Origin: a virus | Lineage: Duplodnaviria; Caudoviricetes | Direction: 5' to 3' (one strand) | Virus record (IMG/VR): IMGVR_UViG_3300037784_000042 | Coordinates: 1 to 48,342 of that record | Length of the DNA: 48,342 bases | Shown: positions 37,229 to 47,778 of the stretch, in pieces | How the letters are laid out: each line of letters starts with the position of its first letter | Numbering within the stretch: position 1 is the first letter of the stretch | The notes under the pieces: model-generated | The model's input: only the letters and a program-made list of their open reading frames with translations | Database searches by the model: none | What the model was told of the DNA's origin: nothing | Program-made: the position numbers and the translations under genes

Positions 37229-37779
37229 GCGTAAACCATACATTGGCTACACCCATTGGCCTAGATAAGACAATCCAACGGTTGCAGACAAAGGTTTATG
37301 ACCTTTTAACAAGCAGATGGTCTGGAAATATCGAAGTCTATGGCAGAGCCTATAAAAACCCGAAAAAAAAGACGGGTTTTGTGCTTGAATGGTGGAACGC
37401 TGCAAAAGAGGACTACGAAGATGTTTATTTCAACGATAGTTCATCCGATGCGGTGATTTTCTTCATTGATTCCAGGACGGACGTATCAGAGGACAGAAAC
37501 GCATTTTTGGCCGATATTAAATTGGTCGTAATGTGCAACCTCAAAAAGATACTTCCTCCCATTGGAAACAACAAGAGAAGGGATGAGGAAAGCCATAGGG
37601 ACGTAATGGAAGCCATAAGAAATGCAAACGCTATCACAACAACGGGAATAGAGAAGGACATGGGCGATATTTTTTCGGGCATAGATACCGAAAAGATAAA
37701 GTTCAACAATATCCATCCCTTGCACTGTTTTGCGATACCTTTGAGATTAAGTTATTATTTAACAGATAAATGCGATTAA
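37225..37779 (+). CDS. Structural protein (tail terminator candidate)
   Basis: Position upstream of the tail tube gene. Confidence 0.5.
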   Translation: MSVNHTLATPIGLDKTIQRLQTKVYDLLTSRWSGNIEVYGRAYKNPKKKTGFVLEWWNAAKEDYEDVYFNDSSSDAVIFFIDSRTDVSEDRNAFLADIKLVVMCNLKKILPPIGNNKRRDEESHRDVMEAIRNANAITTTGIEKDMGDIFSGIDTEKIKFNNIHPLHCFAIPLRLSYYLTDKCD

Positions 37780-37780
37780 A

Positions 37781-38002
37781 ATGAGTAAAAGTAAAAACCA
37801 GAACTCGGCCAATGCGAAACAAAGCGTTCCAACTTTGGAGTTTACCCTAGTTCGTGATGCTTCCATCAGTGGAAAAATCCGTGAAAAAGGACAAAAGGTA
37901 GGACTTACCAAGGAAGGTTCGGAAGATTTTCTAAAGAAACATTTGATTTCCAAGGAAGAGTATTTCGCCAAGTTGAAAGAGTTCGACAAAAAACGTAAAT
38001 AA
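37781..38002 (+). CDS. Small hypothetical protein
   Basis: Operon-packed ORF. Confidence 0.55.
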   Translation: MSKSKNQNSANAKQSVPTLEFTLVRDASISGKIREKGQKVGLTKEGSEDFLKKHLISKEEYFAKLKEFDKKRK

Positions 38003-38004
38003 AA

Positions 38005-38937
38005 ATGGCTACATTAAGCGAAGTATTAAATCTAGTAGCTTGTGGTGCAGAAGCCGTATTGGGTACTGGTACAATTGGTTGTAAGCCCTTCTTGAAGAAG
38101 GTTTCTTCCATTTGGCTATTGGAAAGCGGATTCGTCCTTGACGGGTCTCAAACATTCAATAAAACCTATGTACAGTTGTTACAAGCACAGGGCAAGCTCA
38201 TTGTTTTGAAGGGTATCGAGAACTTTACCGATAACACCCCTGACAACGTTACCGAAGAATTTGAAAGTGGTATCAAGAAGCACGTTAGAAAAGCGAAGTA
38301 TGAATTTGCTGCGCAGTTCAGTAAAGGAATGTACTTCAATGCTGCTTTGGACTACCTTAATTCAGATGGTTCTTATGATGCGTTGTTTGTGGATGTTGAT
38401 GGTAATATCTTGGGTACAGAATCAACCTCTGGAAGTTTGAAAGGGTTTACATTGGGTATGCTCCAAAAACAAAAGTTAATCTGGGCCACTGATTCAACCG
38501 CCCAACGTGAAGGCATCATGTTTCAGTTAACAGTCCCAAACGAGTTTGATCGTGATTTTAAATTCGTAAGTGGAGGACAATTGGACTTCAACCCAGAAAC
38601 ATTGGACGGTATCAATGAGATAGTTCTTTCATTGAGCGCACCATCCGATACCGACACATCCATTACTGTTACAGCAACAAGAAAACAGGATGCACAACCC
38701 TTTACAGGGGCGGATTACACAAATTTCTTGGTGACAGATCAAGGTTCGACCAACAACCCAACGGCAGGTGACGATTCAGCAACGGCAGGTACTTATGTAC
38801 TTACTGGAATGACCGCACTTGACACAGGCGATGTTGTTACGGTAAGGCTTTATGATAATTCCAACAACAGGAGCATCATAAACCTTAGCGATGTATTGTA
38901 CAAATCTAACACAGCAACTTCAACGACTGTTGCATAA
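38005..38937 (+). CDS. Major tail tube protein (putative) with Ig-like C-terminus
   Basis: 310 aa with a T/S/G-rich C-terminal beta domain, followed by a terminator. Confidence 0.65.
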   Translation: MATLSEVLNLVACGAEAVLGTGTIGCKPFLKKVSSIWLLESGFVLDGSQTFNKTYVQLLQAQGKLIVLKGIENFTDNTPDNVTEEFESGIKKHVRKAKYEFAAQFSKGMYFNAALDYLNSDGSYDALFVDVDGNILGTESTSGSLKGFTLGMLQKQKLIWATDSTAQREGIMFQLTVPNEFDRDFKFVSGGQLDFNPETLDGINEIVLSLSAPSDTDTSITVTATRKQDAQPFTGADYTNFLVTDQGSTNNPTAGDDSATAGTYVLTGMTALDTGDVVTVRLYDNSNNRSIINLSDVLYKSNTATSTTVA

Positions 38938-38971
38938 TTTTAAGTTTAGTTTGTTTATTGTTTGAAGTGAG

Positions 38972-38997
38972 GGGGCGGTTCATACCGTCCCTTTTTT
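38972..38997 (+). terminator. Intrinsic terminator
   Basis: GGGGCGG-TTCATA-CCGTCCC followed by T6. Confidence 0.7.
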
Positions 38998-39000
38998 GAT

Positions 39001-39462
39001 ATGTCATTGGCCAAGTATTACATACAGAAGATTCAGCAAGTGGATTCCCAACTGGAAGAAGTGGGGAAAAAGGCCATTGAGGAAAACATGGACTTTATTA
39101 TGTTCCTTTTAAAAGAGAAACAGTTGGGCGAAGGAATAAAGTCAGATGGGTCAGATGCGCCAAATTACAGTTATTGGACACAGTTTTACGCCAAAGGCAA
39201 TCCACCACGTACAGGAGTTTCAAGTAAGGAACCAAGCGAAAAATTTAATTTTGAGTGGCAAGGCACGTGGATAGACAGCCTTTACATCAAAATAGCCAAT
39301 GATGGATTTGATATTTTGGCAAGGGACAGAAAAACATCAATTCTTGAAAAAATGTCAGGCGGAAAGATAACGGCATTGACCGAAGAACACAATCGCATGA
39401 TCAATGATGATATAATAAAACCTGCCCTATGGGAACATTTTGTAAATAATGTCGTAGGGTAA
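39001..39462 (+). CDS. Tail/neck completion protein candidate
   Basis: QLGEG..DG..YS...QGTWIDSL pattern of Bacteroidota phage neck proteins. Confidence 0.5.
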   Translation: MSLAKYYIQKIQQVDSQLEEVGKKAIEENMDFIMFLLKEKQLGEGIKSDGSDAPNYSYWTQFYAKGNPPRTGVSSKEPSEKFNFEWQGTWIDSLYIKIANDGFDILARDRKTSILEKMSGGKITALTEEHNRMINDDIIKPALWEHFVNNVVG

Positions 39463-39587
39463 TATTTTTTTGCTAATTTAGCAGTGGGGAATCTACTTCC
39501 TTTAGGCAAGCCACCCACGGGAGGCCTTACATTTGCCGATTAGAACTGTTCCAAGTTCTTTTTATATCCCCGATTAAATATTTCAAT

Positions 39588-40253
39588 ATGAATTTACCGT
39601 TTCTTAAAAAGAAGCGCACCAATGTAAGATATTACAGGTCGTGCGATGAACTTTGGATATATAATTTTCATAAGATAATGTCCACTGGCAATTATGCCTA
39701 TATGGTCATTGGCTGGGACGAGTATTCTGAAATTGAATATGACAAAGAGGAAGCGATAAAAATATTTGGGGGTATTTACAATGAATACTGCAAACTGACA
39801 GCGAACAATAACGCAATAAGGTATTATAGAACGGTTCAGAGGCTTTCATACCTTAAAATGAGACGAGAGGTTGCTGCAAGGATTTTGGTTCAGATAACCA
39901 TGCGTAAAATGAAGCAAAAGATATTCATGGGTTACATTGAAAGCCTTAAAAGTTTTGGTTTCAAGTATGAACATGAAAAATGGGATTTAAATGGGATAGA
40001 ATCATTGTCAAGGCAATTAAGGGCTTCGGCCAATGAAATAGGATTGTTGGAGAACGAGATAAAGGAGATTACGACCACTGGCGAATACGTCCCATTTGAA
40101 AAGGAAGTTGTACAGGTAGAGCAAGCATTGGGAAGAAACATGATAGACCCCAAATCGACCACTGTAGCAAAGTGGTGGTACATGATAGAACAGATAAGGG
40201 AAATATCCGAACACCGTAAAAAACAAATGGCAAAACACGGTAAAAACAGTTAA
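39588..40253 (+). CDS. Tail assembly chaperone candidate
   Basis: Directly precedes the tape measure gene. Confidence 0.5.
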   Translation: MNLPFLKKKRTNVRYYRSCDELWIYNFHKIMSTGNYAYMVIGWDEYSEIEYDKEEAIKIFGGIYNEYCKLTANNNAIRYYRTVQRLSYLKMRREVAARILVQITMRKMKQKIFMGYIESLKSFGFKYEHEKWDLNGIESLSRQLRASANEIGLLENEIKEITTTGEYVPFEKEVVQVEQALGRNMIDPKSTTVAKWWYMIEQIREISEHRKKQMAKHGKNS

Positions 40254-40258
40254 GGACA

Positions 40259-43183
40259 ATGGCGGACAATAAAATTCAAAATTCAATTGATGCCGTAAGG
40301 AAAGGGTTAAAGGAAATTCTTACGGACATGGAGGTTATCGACAAAAAGATAATCGCCACTGCTGCCAATGCCCAAAAAATAGGGTCTGGATTTAAGGCAA
40401 ACACCCCTGATGGACTTACCCAAATATTAAAACAACAAAACGATTTATTGTCCAAGATGAACGGTCTTTTGGACACACAGAACAACAACACAAAGAAACT
40501 AAACGCAAGCAGAAGGACTTTAAAACAACTTTCAGGGGAAGAGGTAGTGAATCAACGTAAATTGGCCAAGAACGCTGATTTGCAAGCAAAATCAATAAGC
40601 AATGTAGTTGGAGCATACGATAGGTTGGTGGCTAAATACCAAATCGCAAAAAATAGACTTAATGATTTAAATGCAGCACAAAAGAAAAATACTGTTGAAA
40701 TACAAAAAGCAACAAGAGAGTTTAGAAAATATCAAAACAAGTTAAACGAAGTAAACAGGGCTACTTCCAATTTTTCTAAAAATTCATTAGGTGGGATGGT
40801 TCGTGGCTTTAGAAATCTAACAGGTGCTTTTGGGTTGGTTGGTGGCGCAACATTGTTTGCTGAAATGACCAGAAACATATTCAATTTGGTAAAAGAAATT
40901 GAAAAACTAAATTATTCCCTTGGGCTAATAACCGAATCACAAGGGGAATTTGCACAAGTTCAGCAATTTCTAATTGACATTTCAGAAAGATACGGTCTTA
41001 GTTTGATTGATGTTACAGAAAGATATACAAAGTTTCTTGCTGCATCAAAACAATCTGGGCTAGCACTACAAGATACCGAACAGATATTTGAAAGCGTTTC
41101 AAAGGCATCTGCCGTTTTGGGGCTTAGAACAGATGAACTTACTGGTGTTTATTTGGCATTGGAACAAATGCTTTCCAAAGGAAAGGTTACAACAGAAGAA
41201 CTTCGTAGGCAGTTGGGTGAAAGACTTCCTGGAGCATTTGGTATTATGGCCGAAGCATTGGGAGTAAGTGTTTCACAATTAGATGAAATGCTCAAAAAAG
41301 GAGAAATTCTGTCCGCAGAGGCACTTCCAAAATTTGCCAAACAACTTGAAAAATCATACGGAATAGAGGCAGTAAACACTGTTGATACACTAACTGCTGC
41401 ACAAAACAGACTATCTACTGCATGGACTAATTTTGTAAGTGGCGTAGAAAGTGGAGAAGGTACAATTTCAAGGGTTTTTAAAGGAATATTGGGGGTCGCT
41501 GAACAAATGGTTAACGCTTTAGCAAAATTGACCCAAGGAGATACGTCTTTTTTCAATGAAGAAAGAGTGCGTATTGCAAAACAAGAAATGGAGGATATGG
41601 AGGCTGTCGCAAAACAATTAGGTCAGACCATAGAAGATGTTGCGAGGAGAAACTTTTTTGATTATACAAAATCAGTGGAAGAAGCAAGGGAAACGGTAAA
41701 TTCACTTAAAGAAAGGAACAAAGAACTTTCAGATGAAATGGCAAACATGAAAAATGCCGAAGTTTTTTCTTCCAAACAATACCGTGAATATTCACAAAAC
41801 AATGAATTACTTGAAAAAGCGAGCCAAGCCCTTGCAATACGAGAAGGGAGATTGGATGCAGTAAACCAAGTTTTACGAAAAAACACAGAAGAAACAATCA
41901 TAAACAATGATCAAGAAAGTAAAAAACTAGAGGCTTTAAGAGGTTCTATTGCGTGGTTGGAACAATACATTAAAAAGCTAGAGGAAGAACAGTCAAAATT
42001 AGGCACAACAACAGAACAATACCGTGTTTATACCCAAATGATTCAAAATGCAAATGAAGAACTTATAAAATTAAGGGCTACATTGGACAATTTGGGGGTT
42101 GACACAACAGATATAAAGGTAAACTTTGATTTTAAAGAACTGCAAAAGCAATTAAAAGAAGGGTTTGGTTTTGAAGATGATAGTCTTTTTAAAGACATGG
42201 TTAAAAACACTAAAAACGTAATGGACGAGTTTTCCGAAAATTGGGAAAACACAATGGACAGTGCGGAAGCCTATGCAGAATTGAAACTAAATACGGTAAA
42301 AGAAATATTTGGTGGTGTTTTCGATACTTTTTCAGAGGCATTTGATTTTGATTTCAGTTCAACTGATTTCATTTTTGAAAGTTTATTGGACAAGGAGAAT
42401 GAACTATTTTCAACCGACAATATAGATGAGTGGGCAAACTTCTCCAAAGAAGCGATAGGAAGCGTTTTAGATGCTTCATTACAGCGTTATCAAATAGAAC
42501 TTCAAGAGGCTCAAAGGGCAAGGGACTTGATTGTAAACAACGAACTCGCCACTGAAAAAGAAAAAAGGATTGCCCGTGAAAAGTTTGAGGAAGAAGAGCG
42601 AAGAATCAAGACAAAACAAGCAAAAGAAGAAAGAAGAAACACGCTCATTAAAATAGCAACAGATACCGCTGCTGGTATTGTTTCTGCATTGGCGCAGATT
42701 CCAAAATTTGACTTTGGTATTTCTGCAACTGCTTTTTCTGCCTTTATTGCAGCGAGTGGGGCAGCGCAAGCAGCGTTGGTTGCATCACAGCCTCTTCCGA
42801 AGTTTGCAGAAGGTACAAAATCACCATTGGCCGATGATACATTGGCATGGGTAGGTGACGGTGGTAGAAGAGAGGCCGTTACCAAAAACGGAAAGTTATT
42901 GGATATTACGCCAGACCGACCTACATTGGCCATGTTACCAAAAGGCGCAGAGGTTCAAAAAGATGCAAGCGAATGGATAAACAATGCGATTTACAGAATG
43001 AACATGAGTGCAAACGGTGAACTTTTAAACTCATTTGATGCTGATTATTTATTACATGACGAATTGAAAAAGATGCGTTCGGCCAATGATAGAACGTGGC
43101 AAGAAGTAAAGAAACTTGCAAAAAGACCAATATTTGTAAAGAACACAGTAAAAGTAATCCAAGAAGATTCCTATAAGATATGA
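40259..43183 (+). CDS. Tail tape measure protein
   Basis: ALEQMLSKGKVTTEELRRQLGERLPGA tape-measure domain; long helical protein; PKFAEGT near the C-terminus. Confidence 0.9.
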   Translation: MADNKIQNSIDAVRKGLKEILTDMEVIDKKIIATAANAQKIGSGFKANTPDGLTQILKQQNDLLSKMNGLLDTQNNNTKKLNASRRTLKQLSGEEVVNQRKLAKNADLQAKSISNVVGAYDRLVAKYQIAKNRLNDLNAAQKKNTVEIQKATREFRKYQNKLNEVNRATSNFSKNSLGGMVRGFRNLTGAFGLVGGATLFAEMTRNIFNLVKEIEKLNYSLGLITESQGEFAQVQQFLIDISERYGLSLIDVTERYTKFLAASKQSGLALQDTEQIFESVSKASAVLGLRTDELTGVYLALEQMLSKGKVTTEELRRQLGERLPGAFGIMAEALGVSVSQLDEMLKKGEILSAEALPKFAKQLEKSYGIEAVNTVDTLTAAQNRLSTAWTNFVSGVESGEGTISRVFKGILGVAEQMVNALAKLTQGDTSFFNEERVRIAKQEMEDMEAVAKQLGQTIEDVARRNFFDYTKSVEEARETVNSLKERNKELSDEMANMKNAEVFSSKQYREYSQNNELLEKASQALAIREGRLDAVNQVLRKNTEETIINNDQESKKLEALRGSIAWLEQYIKKLEEEQSKLGTTTEQYRVYTQMIQNANEELIKLRATLDNLGVDTTDIKVNFDFKELQKQLKEGFGFEDDSLFKDMVKNTKNVMDEFSENWENTMDSAEAYAELKLNTVKEIFGGVFDTFSEAFDFDFSSTDFIFESLLDKENELFSTDNIDEWANFSKEAIGSVLDASLQRYQIELQEAQRARDLIVNNELATEKEKRIAREKFEEEERRIKTKQAKEERRNTLIKIATDTAAGIVSALAQIPKFDFGISATAFSAFIAASGAAQAALVASQPLPKFAEGTKSPLADDTLAWVGDGGRREAVTKNGKLLDITPDRPTLAMLPKGAEVQKDASEWINNAIYRMNMSANGELLNSFDADYLLHDELKKMRSANDRTWQEVKKLAKRPIFVKNTVKVIQEDSYKI

Positions 43184-45369
43184 TCGACAACATTCGACAT
43201 AAGAACGACACTGAATATTACCTTTCCTCAAAGAGCAGGGCTAGGACAAGAATACCCGAACCCATAAACCACGATGAAGGAAACAGGAATATCTATGAGC
43301 GTGACAAGGATTCCAAAGGATTTTTGACCACAAAGACCAATGATTTGGAGTTCACTGGCGAAGGTGCTGAATTTCTTATCAACCAATTCTACACAAAGGG
43401 CGTTGTAGAGGACGTATTAATGGAGCGTGAGATAAAGTCCGATGATCGGATTGATGAAAGGTGGCGTTCGACCATTCCCGTTTATTTGGGAATGAAGGAA
43501 TTGGAATATACCGAAAAGGTAGGTGGCAGCAATGTTGCAAAAACAAAAGCCGTAGAGGGAGGTCTTAAAAAGTTGATTGATGCAAGGAAAGATGATGAAA
43601 TAGACCTAAAGACAACAGTTGATTCATTTGGTAACGCTATTCCTGCATTACAGACCGAAAACATACTTTTGGAAAGCAGACAGATATTCCTAAGAAGTGT
43701 TTTGAGCGTTGAGGACGGTACTGAAATTGGGGTATTGGCCAGTGGCGATAATCTGAACGCTAGGGCAATACCTTTCCAAGTTGACATAAACAGCGACAGG
43801 AGCAATATAGACAATGCACTTGGTGATAAACTTGCAGCGGTAAGCGGTAATTATGCCAATCTTGGTTTAGATGTTTTTGGAAACTGCTTTCTTACAGATT
43901 CAGATACCGATAAAAAACTTACCATAAACGGAAAGGTAAAAGTAACATTGATTGATGGTGGTTCTTTCGGGACTATGAAAATGGACTTGAATATTTATAG
44001 TGACGGTAGGGATTTTATCTATGATTCCGATAGGTCAATTCCTTTGGTGGCAGCCAAGCCAGTTACATTGGGCAACACAATGGAATACACCTTTAGCGAT
44101 TTTGAAGTAAACCTAAAAAAAGGGGATAGTTTGGCAGTGGCCATGTTATCCACTGAAAACGGTATTAGATATGAGGTTTCAGAAACGGAAATAACCATCA
44201 CAGAAGATTCTTTGTTTCCTTCAACTAACTGTAAATGTTTGACTTATAAACAGGTTATCAACAGACTTTTACACATTATAACGGGTAGTGACAATCTTTT
44301 GGTTTCTGATTTGTTGACCAGTGGGCAACTTGCCAATGACCTTTTGACCAATGGATTTTACATTAGGGAATTTCCAGACATTATTAACGAAGGTACTGAC
44401 GAGGAAAGAAAAATACAGTTTAACGTATCACTTCAACAAGTGTTTGACCACATAGAGGCACTTTTACCTAAAGCATGGTGGGTAGAAAACGTTGGAAACC
44501 AAGAAAAATTGTTTTTGGAGCCATATTCTTATACCCAAAGGAACGAAGTAACGATTAAATTTGGAGAAGAAGATGATTCTGGTCGTACCGTTTACGTTGA
44601 AGCAAGCGATATTAAACGCAAGGCAGAGGGTAAATTGTTCTTTGGCAAAATAGAGTTGGGCAGTGAAAAAGGTGGTGACGATTACGAAGAAGTGGAAGGA
44701 TTGAGGTCTATAAACGGTAAAGCGACCTATGCTACCATAAACAAGAACAGTGAAGAGGTTTACAGCAAACTATCGCCATTTAGATTAAGTGACATAGACA
44801 TTGAGTTGCCAAGACGTAAACCCTATGTTTTATATCCAGAGGAAGATACAAGGTACGACAGCGATATAATGTGTATAAGGGCTAAAAAAATAGGAAGCCA
44901 ATATTACCTTAAAAAGTGGCAAGATACGTTCTCACAAGTGCCGACAGGTCTTTATAGGCCAGATTCAGCATATAATTTGGACATAACACCAGCACAATTG
45001 TTGATTTATTCGCACAGTTCAAATATTGCAACGGCAGTTTATCATTATCCAAATGAAAAGATAATATTTTCAAGTTCAAACTGTAACAGTGCGTATTCTA
45101 GCAAGCGCATTGGTCAGGATTTGATAAAGGAAGATGAACCAATACCCAACAGCAGATTGGACGTACCTACGATAAAACCAGTAACGATTGAGTGTACGGC
45201 ACAGATTACACAGGCAATCGAGGACAAAATCGTTGGAAAGACCGATGGCGTTTACAATTGGTTTGGAAGAATGGCATTAAAGACTGGTACGGAAATAGAA
45301 TATGTAAGGATAATGAAAGTTGATCCTAACAAAGAAGGAAAGTTGAAAGTAATAGAATCATACTTATGA
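43180..45369 (+). CDS. Tail tip/baseplate structural protein
   Basis: 729 aa directly after the tape measure gene. Confidence 0.6.
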   Translation: MIDNIRHKNDTEYYLSSKSRARTRIPEPINHDEGNRNIYERDKDSKGFLTTKTNDLEFTGEGAEFLINQFYTKGVVEDVLMEREIKSDDRIDERWRSTIPVYLGMKELEYTEKVGGSNVAKTKAVEGGLKKLIDARKDDEIDLKTTVDSFGNAIPALQTENILLESRQIFLRSVLSVEDGTEIGVLASGDNLNARAIPFQVDINSDRSNIDNALGDKLAAVSGNYANLGLDVFGNCFLTDSDTDKKLTINGKVKVTLIDGGSFGTMKMDLNIYSDGRDFIYDSDRSIPLVAAKPVTLGNTMEYTFSDFEVNLKKGDSLAVAMLSTENGIRYEVSETEITITEDSLFPSTNCKCLTYKQVINRLLHIITGSDNLLVSDLLTSGQLANDLLTNGFYIREFPDIINEGTDEERKIQFNVSLQQVFDHIEALLPKAWWVENVGNQEKLFLEPYSYTQRNEVTIKFGEEDDSGRTVYVEASDIKRKAEGKLFFGKIELGSEKGGDDYEEVEGLRSINGKATYATINKNSEEVYSKLSPFRLSDIDIELPRRKPYVLYPEEDTRYDSDIMCIRAKKIGSQYYLKKWQDTFSQVPTGLYRPDSAYNLDITPAQLLIYSHSSNIATAVYHYPNEKIIFSSSNCNSAYSSKRIGQDLIKEDEPIPNSRLDVPTIKPVTIECTAQITQAIEDKIVGKTDGVYNWFGRMALKTGTEIEYVRIMKVDPNKEGKLKVIESYL

Positions 45370-47513
45370 GTACAATAAGTTTTACATTGACCACGCAAGC
45401 ACTTGATTTTTCCCCCCAAACAAGGGGAAATATTTTAGTGACTTTTAATGATGGGAATCAAAATTTCAACCTTAGCCTAGCATTGATAAATGGAATTGCT
45501 ACCTCTGGTTATTTTCAGGAGGTCGCATGGGATAATCCAAATGTTGAAGATTCAGACGATCAACAAGCGGAAAATTATAGAAATGCCTTTAACAGAGACT
45601 ATAAAAACATTGGTGGCACTAAAAACCTTGCTGCATCAAGGGTTGACAATACAATAACCATAACTGCAACAGTAGGCACTTTTGTAAGCGCATCTTATAG
45701 TGGCAATGTACTTGTTTTCAGTGGTCTCGACATAAACAACACAACACAGGTTGTTCCTGCAAACTTAACCATAACAGCAAGTTCAACAGGGAATTGCAAT
45801 ACGATACAGCACGCTTTTGTGGCCACTGGTGATGGTGCGCCTTTTAGGGTAAATAGGGGAGGTAACGATTTGATTTCGGATTGGGATGGCACTTCTGAAA
45901 ATCTAAACCTTGATAGAACTGGTACAACCCAAGTTTATTTCCTGTACAATTCAGATGATGAACTTGTTGACACGGTTGCGCAATTTGTTCCAAGAAAACT
46001 TGCGGAAGGAGATTTTGATATTGAGATAAACCAATATGAGGATAGTGCCGATGTAATAGTCAACAGAATTGTTTTTCTTGCATCCACAGCACCATTGGAG
46101 TATTCGATAGATGCGGTTTCAGCAACAACAGGGGGCAGTTACCAAACATCAAATACGTTTGCAGGAGTTTTTTCGGGTCAGTACAAAGTTTTTATAAAGG
46201 ACAAATACGGGTGTGAAATATCAAAGAACATTGTAGTAACGGAATTTCAAGATGCCACTGAAAATGAAGTTACTAGGTATTTTGAGATAATGGAAGGGCA
46301 GTCTTTTTGTTTTTCACCCCATGTTCAACATACGGCATTGGTCAAAAAGAACTATTTCAACACATGGTCTTACAATGAATATGTGCAGGGTGCAAAATAC
46401 AATACATTCCATATTGTGGATGCGCTTGATGGATTTAGGGGTGTACAGTTTAAAAGCAGTTACAATTGGCACTATATTACAATGCATAAGTGTGACGGAA
46501 CAAAAGTAAACATCCCACCTATACTTATCAGTCAAAACCTTGGCGCAAAAGAAAAATTTGATTGTATGTTGTACCCAAGCCCAGATGTTGACGGTGAAAC
46601 TTGGGTCTATTTCAATGGCGGAAACGAATATACAGCAGATACCACAACTGTAATAGGTTCTTCGCCCTATGATGGTACTACTCCTACATGGGCGCAGATA
46701 GACCAACTTGTTTTTGTTGACGATACTGGTCTAAGGATTACAAAGACTGGATATGATGCAAACATTGGCGGATATTTTGTGGTCGAACTTGAAACAGCAT
46801 CCGAAACTTCGGGTTTTGTCCAAGTCACGTACAACAAACATCCTTACAACCTATATGAGTTCTATGTGAACATTTCCGATATAGACAATTCTTGTGTTAT
46901 AGTGGTAGAAAAAGCATTTGATGGTGAAGGTTTGATAGAGGGCGACCCTTGGGTAAGTGAAAGAATAAAGAAAAAAGAGGATAGTGACGATATACTATAT
47001 CTTGAGTGGAACGATACCAAGAACAAAGCTGATATTGTATTCCAAAGTGGACTTAAATGTTTTGCAAGGTATGAAGGTGTGGTAAGACCTACCGATGATA
47101 CCGATTCAGACACTTATTCAGGTGACGGTAATGTATATTCTATATCCCAAGTATCAAGGATTGATTTTAATATAAAAATTGAGGGCATTACCTATAAACA
47201 GGTGAACCAATTGAACATTGCAAGTGCTTTGAGTGGATTCAAGTGTAACGGAATTTCTTTGGTTGCCAAGGAATCGGCCAGTGTAACTCCACTGGGCGTA
47301 AGCAATCTTTTCAGATGGGAAAGAACATTTGGATATGGTACAAACGCATTGGCAGAACAACAGGACGAAATAGTTTACAGTCCAACAACAGGAGTTGATG
47401 GCGGTGGTGGTGATGGGATAAGCGAAACACCTGATTTGAGCGGAATTACATTGATTGTTGACAGTGACGGAAACTTAATAAAAGACGACAACGGTAATTT
47501 GATAAAGATTTAA
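45366..47513 (+). CDS. Tail structural protein with Ig/SprB-like repeat
   Basis: PLEYSID..YQTSNTFAGV.SGQYKVFIKDKYGC motif. Confidence 0.6.
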   Translation: MSTISFTLTTQALDFSPQTRGNILVTFNDGNQNFNLSLALINGIATSGYFQEVAWDNPNVEDSDDQQAENYRNAFNRDYKNIGGTKNLAASRVDNTITITATVGTFVSASYSGNVLVFSGLDINNTTQVVPANLTITASSTGNCNTIQHAFVATGDGAPFRVNRGGNDLISDWDGTSENLNLDRTGTTQVYFLYNSDDELVDTVAQFVPRKLAEGDFDIEINQYEDSADVIVNRIVFLASTAPLEYSIDAVSATTGGSYQTSNTFAGVFSGQYKVFIKDKYGCEISKNIVVTEFQDATENEVTRYFEIMEGQSFCFSPHVQHTALVKKNYFNTWSYNEYVQGAKYNTFHIVDALDGFRGVQFKSSYNWHYITMHKCDGTKVNIPPILISQNLGAKEKFDCMLYPSPDVDGETWVYFNGGNEYTADTTTVIGSSPYDGTTPTWAQIDQLVFVDDTGLRITKTGYDANIGGYFVVELETASETSGFVQVTYNKHPYNLYEFYVNISDIDNSCVIVVEKAFDGEGLIEGDPWVSERIKKKEDSDDILYLEWNDTKNKADIVFQSGLKCFARYEGVVRPTDDTDSDTYSGDGNVYSISQVSRIDFNIKIEGITYKQVNQLNIASALSGFKCNGISLVAKESASVTPLGVSNLFRWERTFGYGTNALAEQQDEIVYSPTTGVDGGGGDGISETPDLSGITLIVDSDGNLIKDDNGNLIKI

Positions 47514-47529
47514 TTTATAACTTTGAAAC

Positions 47530-47778
47530 ATGAGTAGTTTAGCAGAAGTTACAGCAAGATTGGCCACGGTAGAGGCAATCATATCTGGGGCGGTAAGCGT
47601 TCCAAAGGGTTTTGTTGACATAGACGAAACAAAAGTGGCAGATAAGACTGGATGGATGGTATCTGGTGTAGGGAAGCCAAATATCAACGGTGGATTAAGG
47701 TTTACTGGTATTAGTTCAGTGGCCAATCCTACGGAGGATGCACATTTTAGTAAATTCACATATTTAGCATTTGACTGA
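47530..47778 (+). CDS. Hypothetical protein
   Basis: Preceded by a TAACTTTG -7 box at 47518-47525. Confidence 0.55.
   Translation: MSSLAEVTARLATVEAIISGAVSVPKGFVDIDETKVADKTGWMVSGVGKPNINGGLRFTGISSVANPTEDAHFSKFTYLAFD

Noticed and set aside
39001-40253. Programmed frameshift for tail chaperones (G/GT type)
   Set aside because: The two ORFs are separated by 125 nt with stops, and no convincing slippery site links them.
29693-47360. Numerous minus-strand ORFs across the structural module
   Set aside because: Antisense shadows of long, well-supported plus-strand genes.
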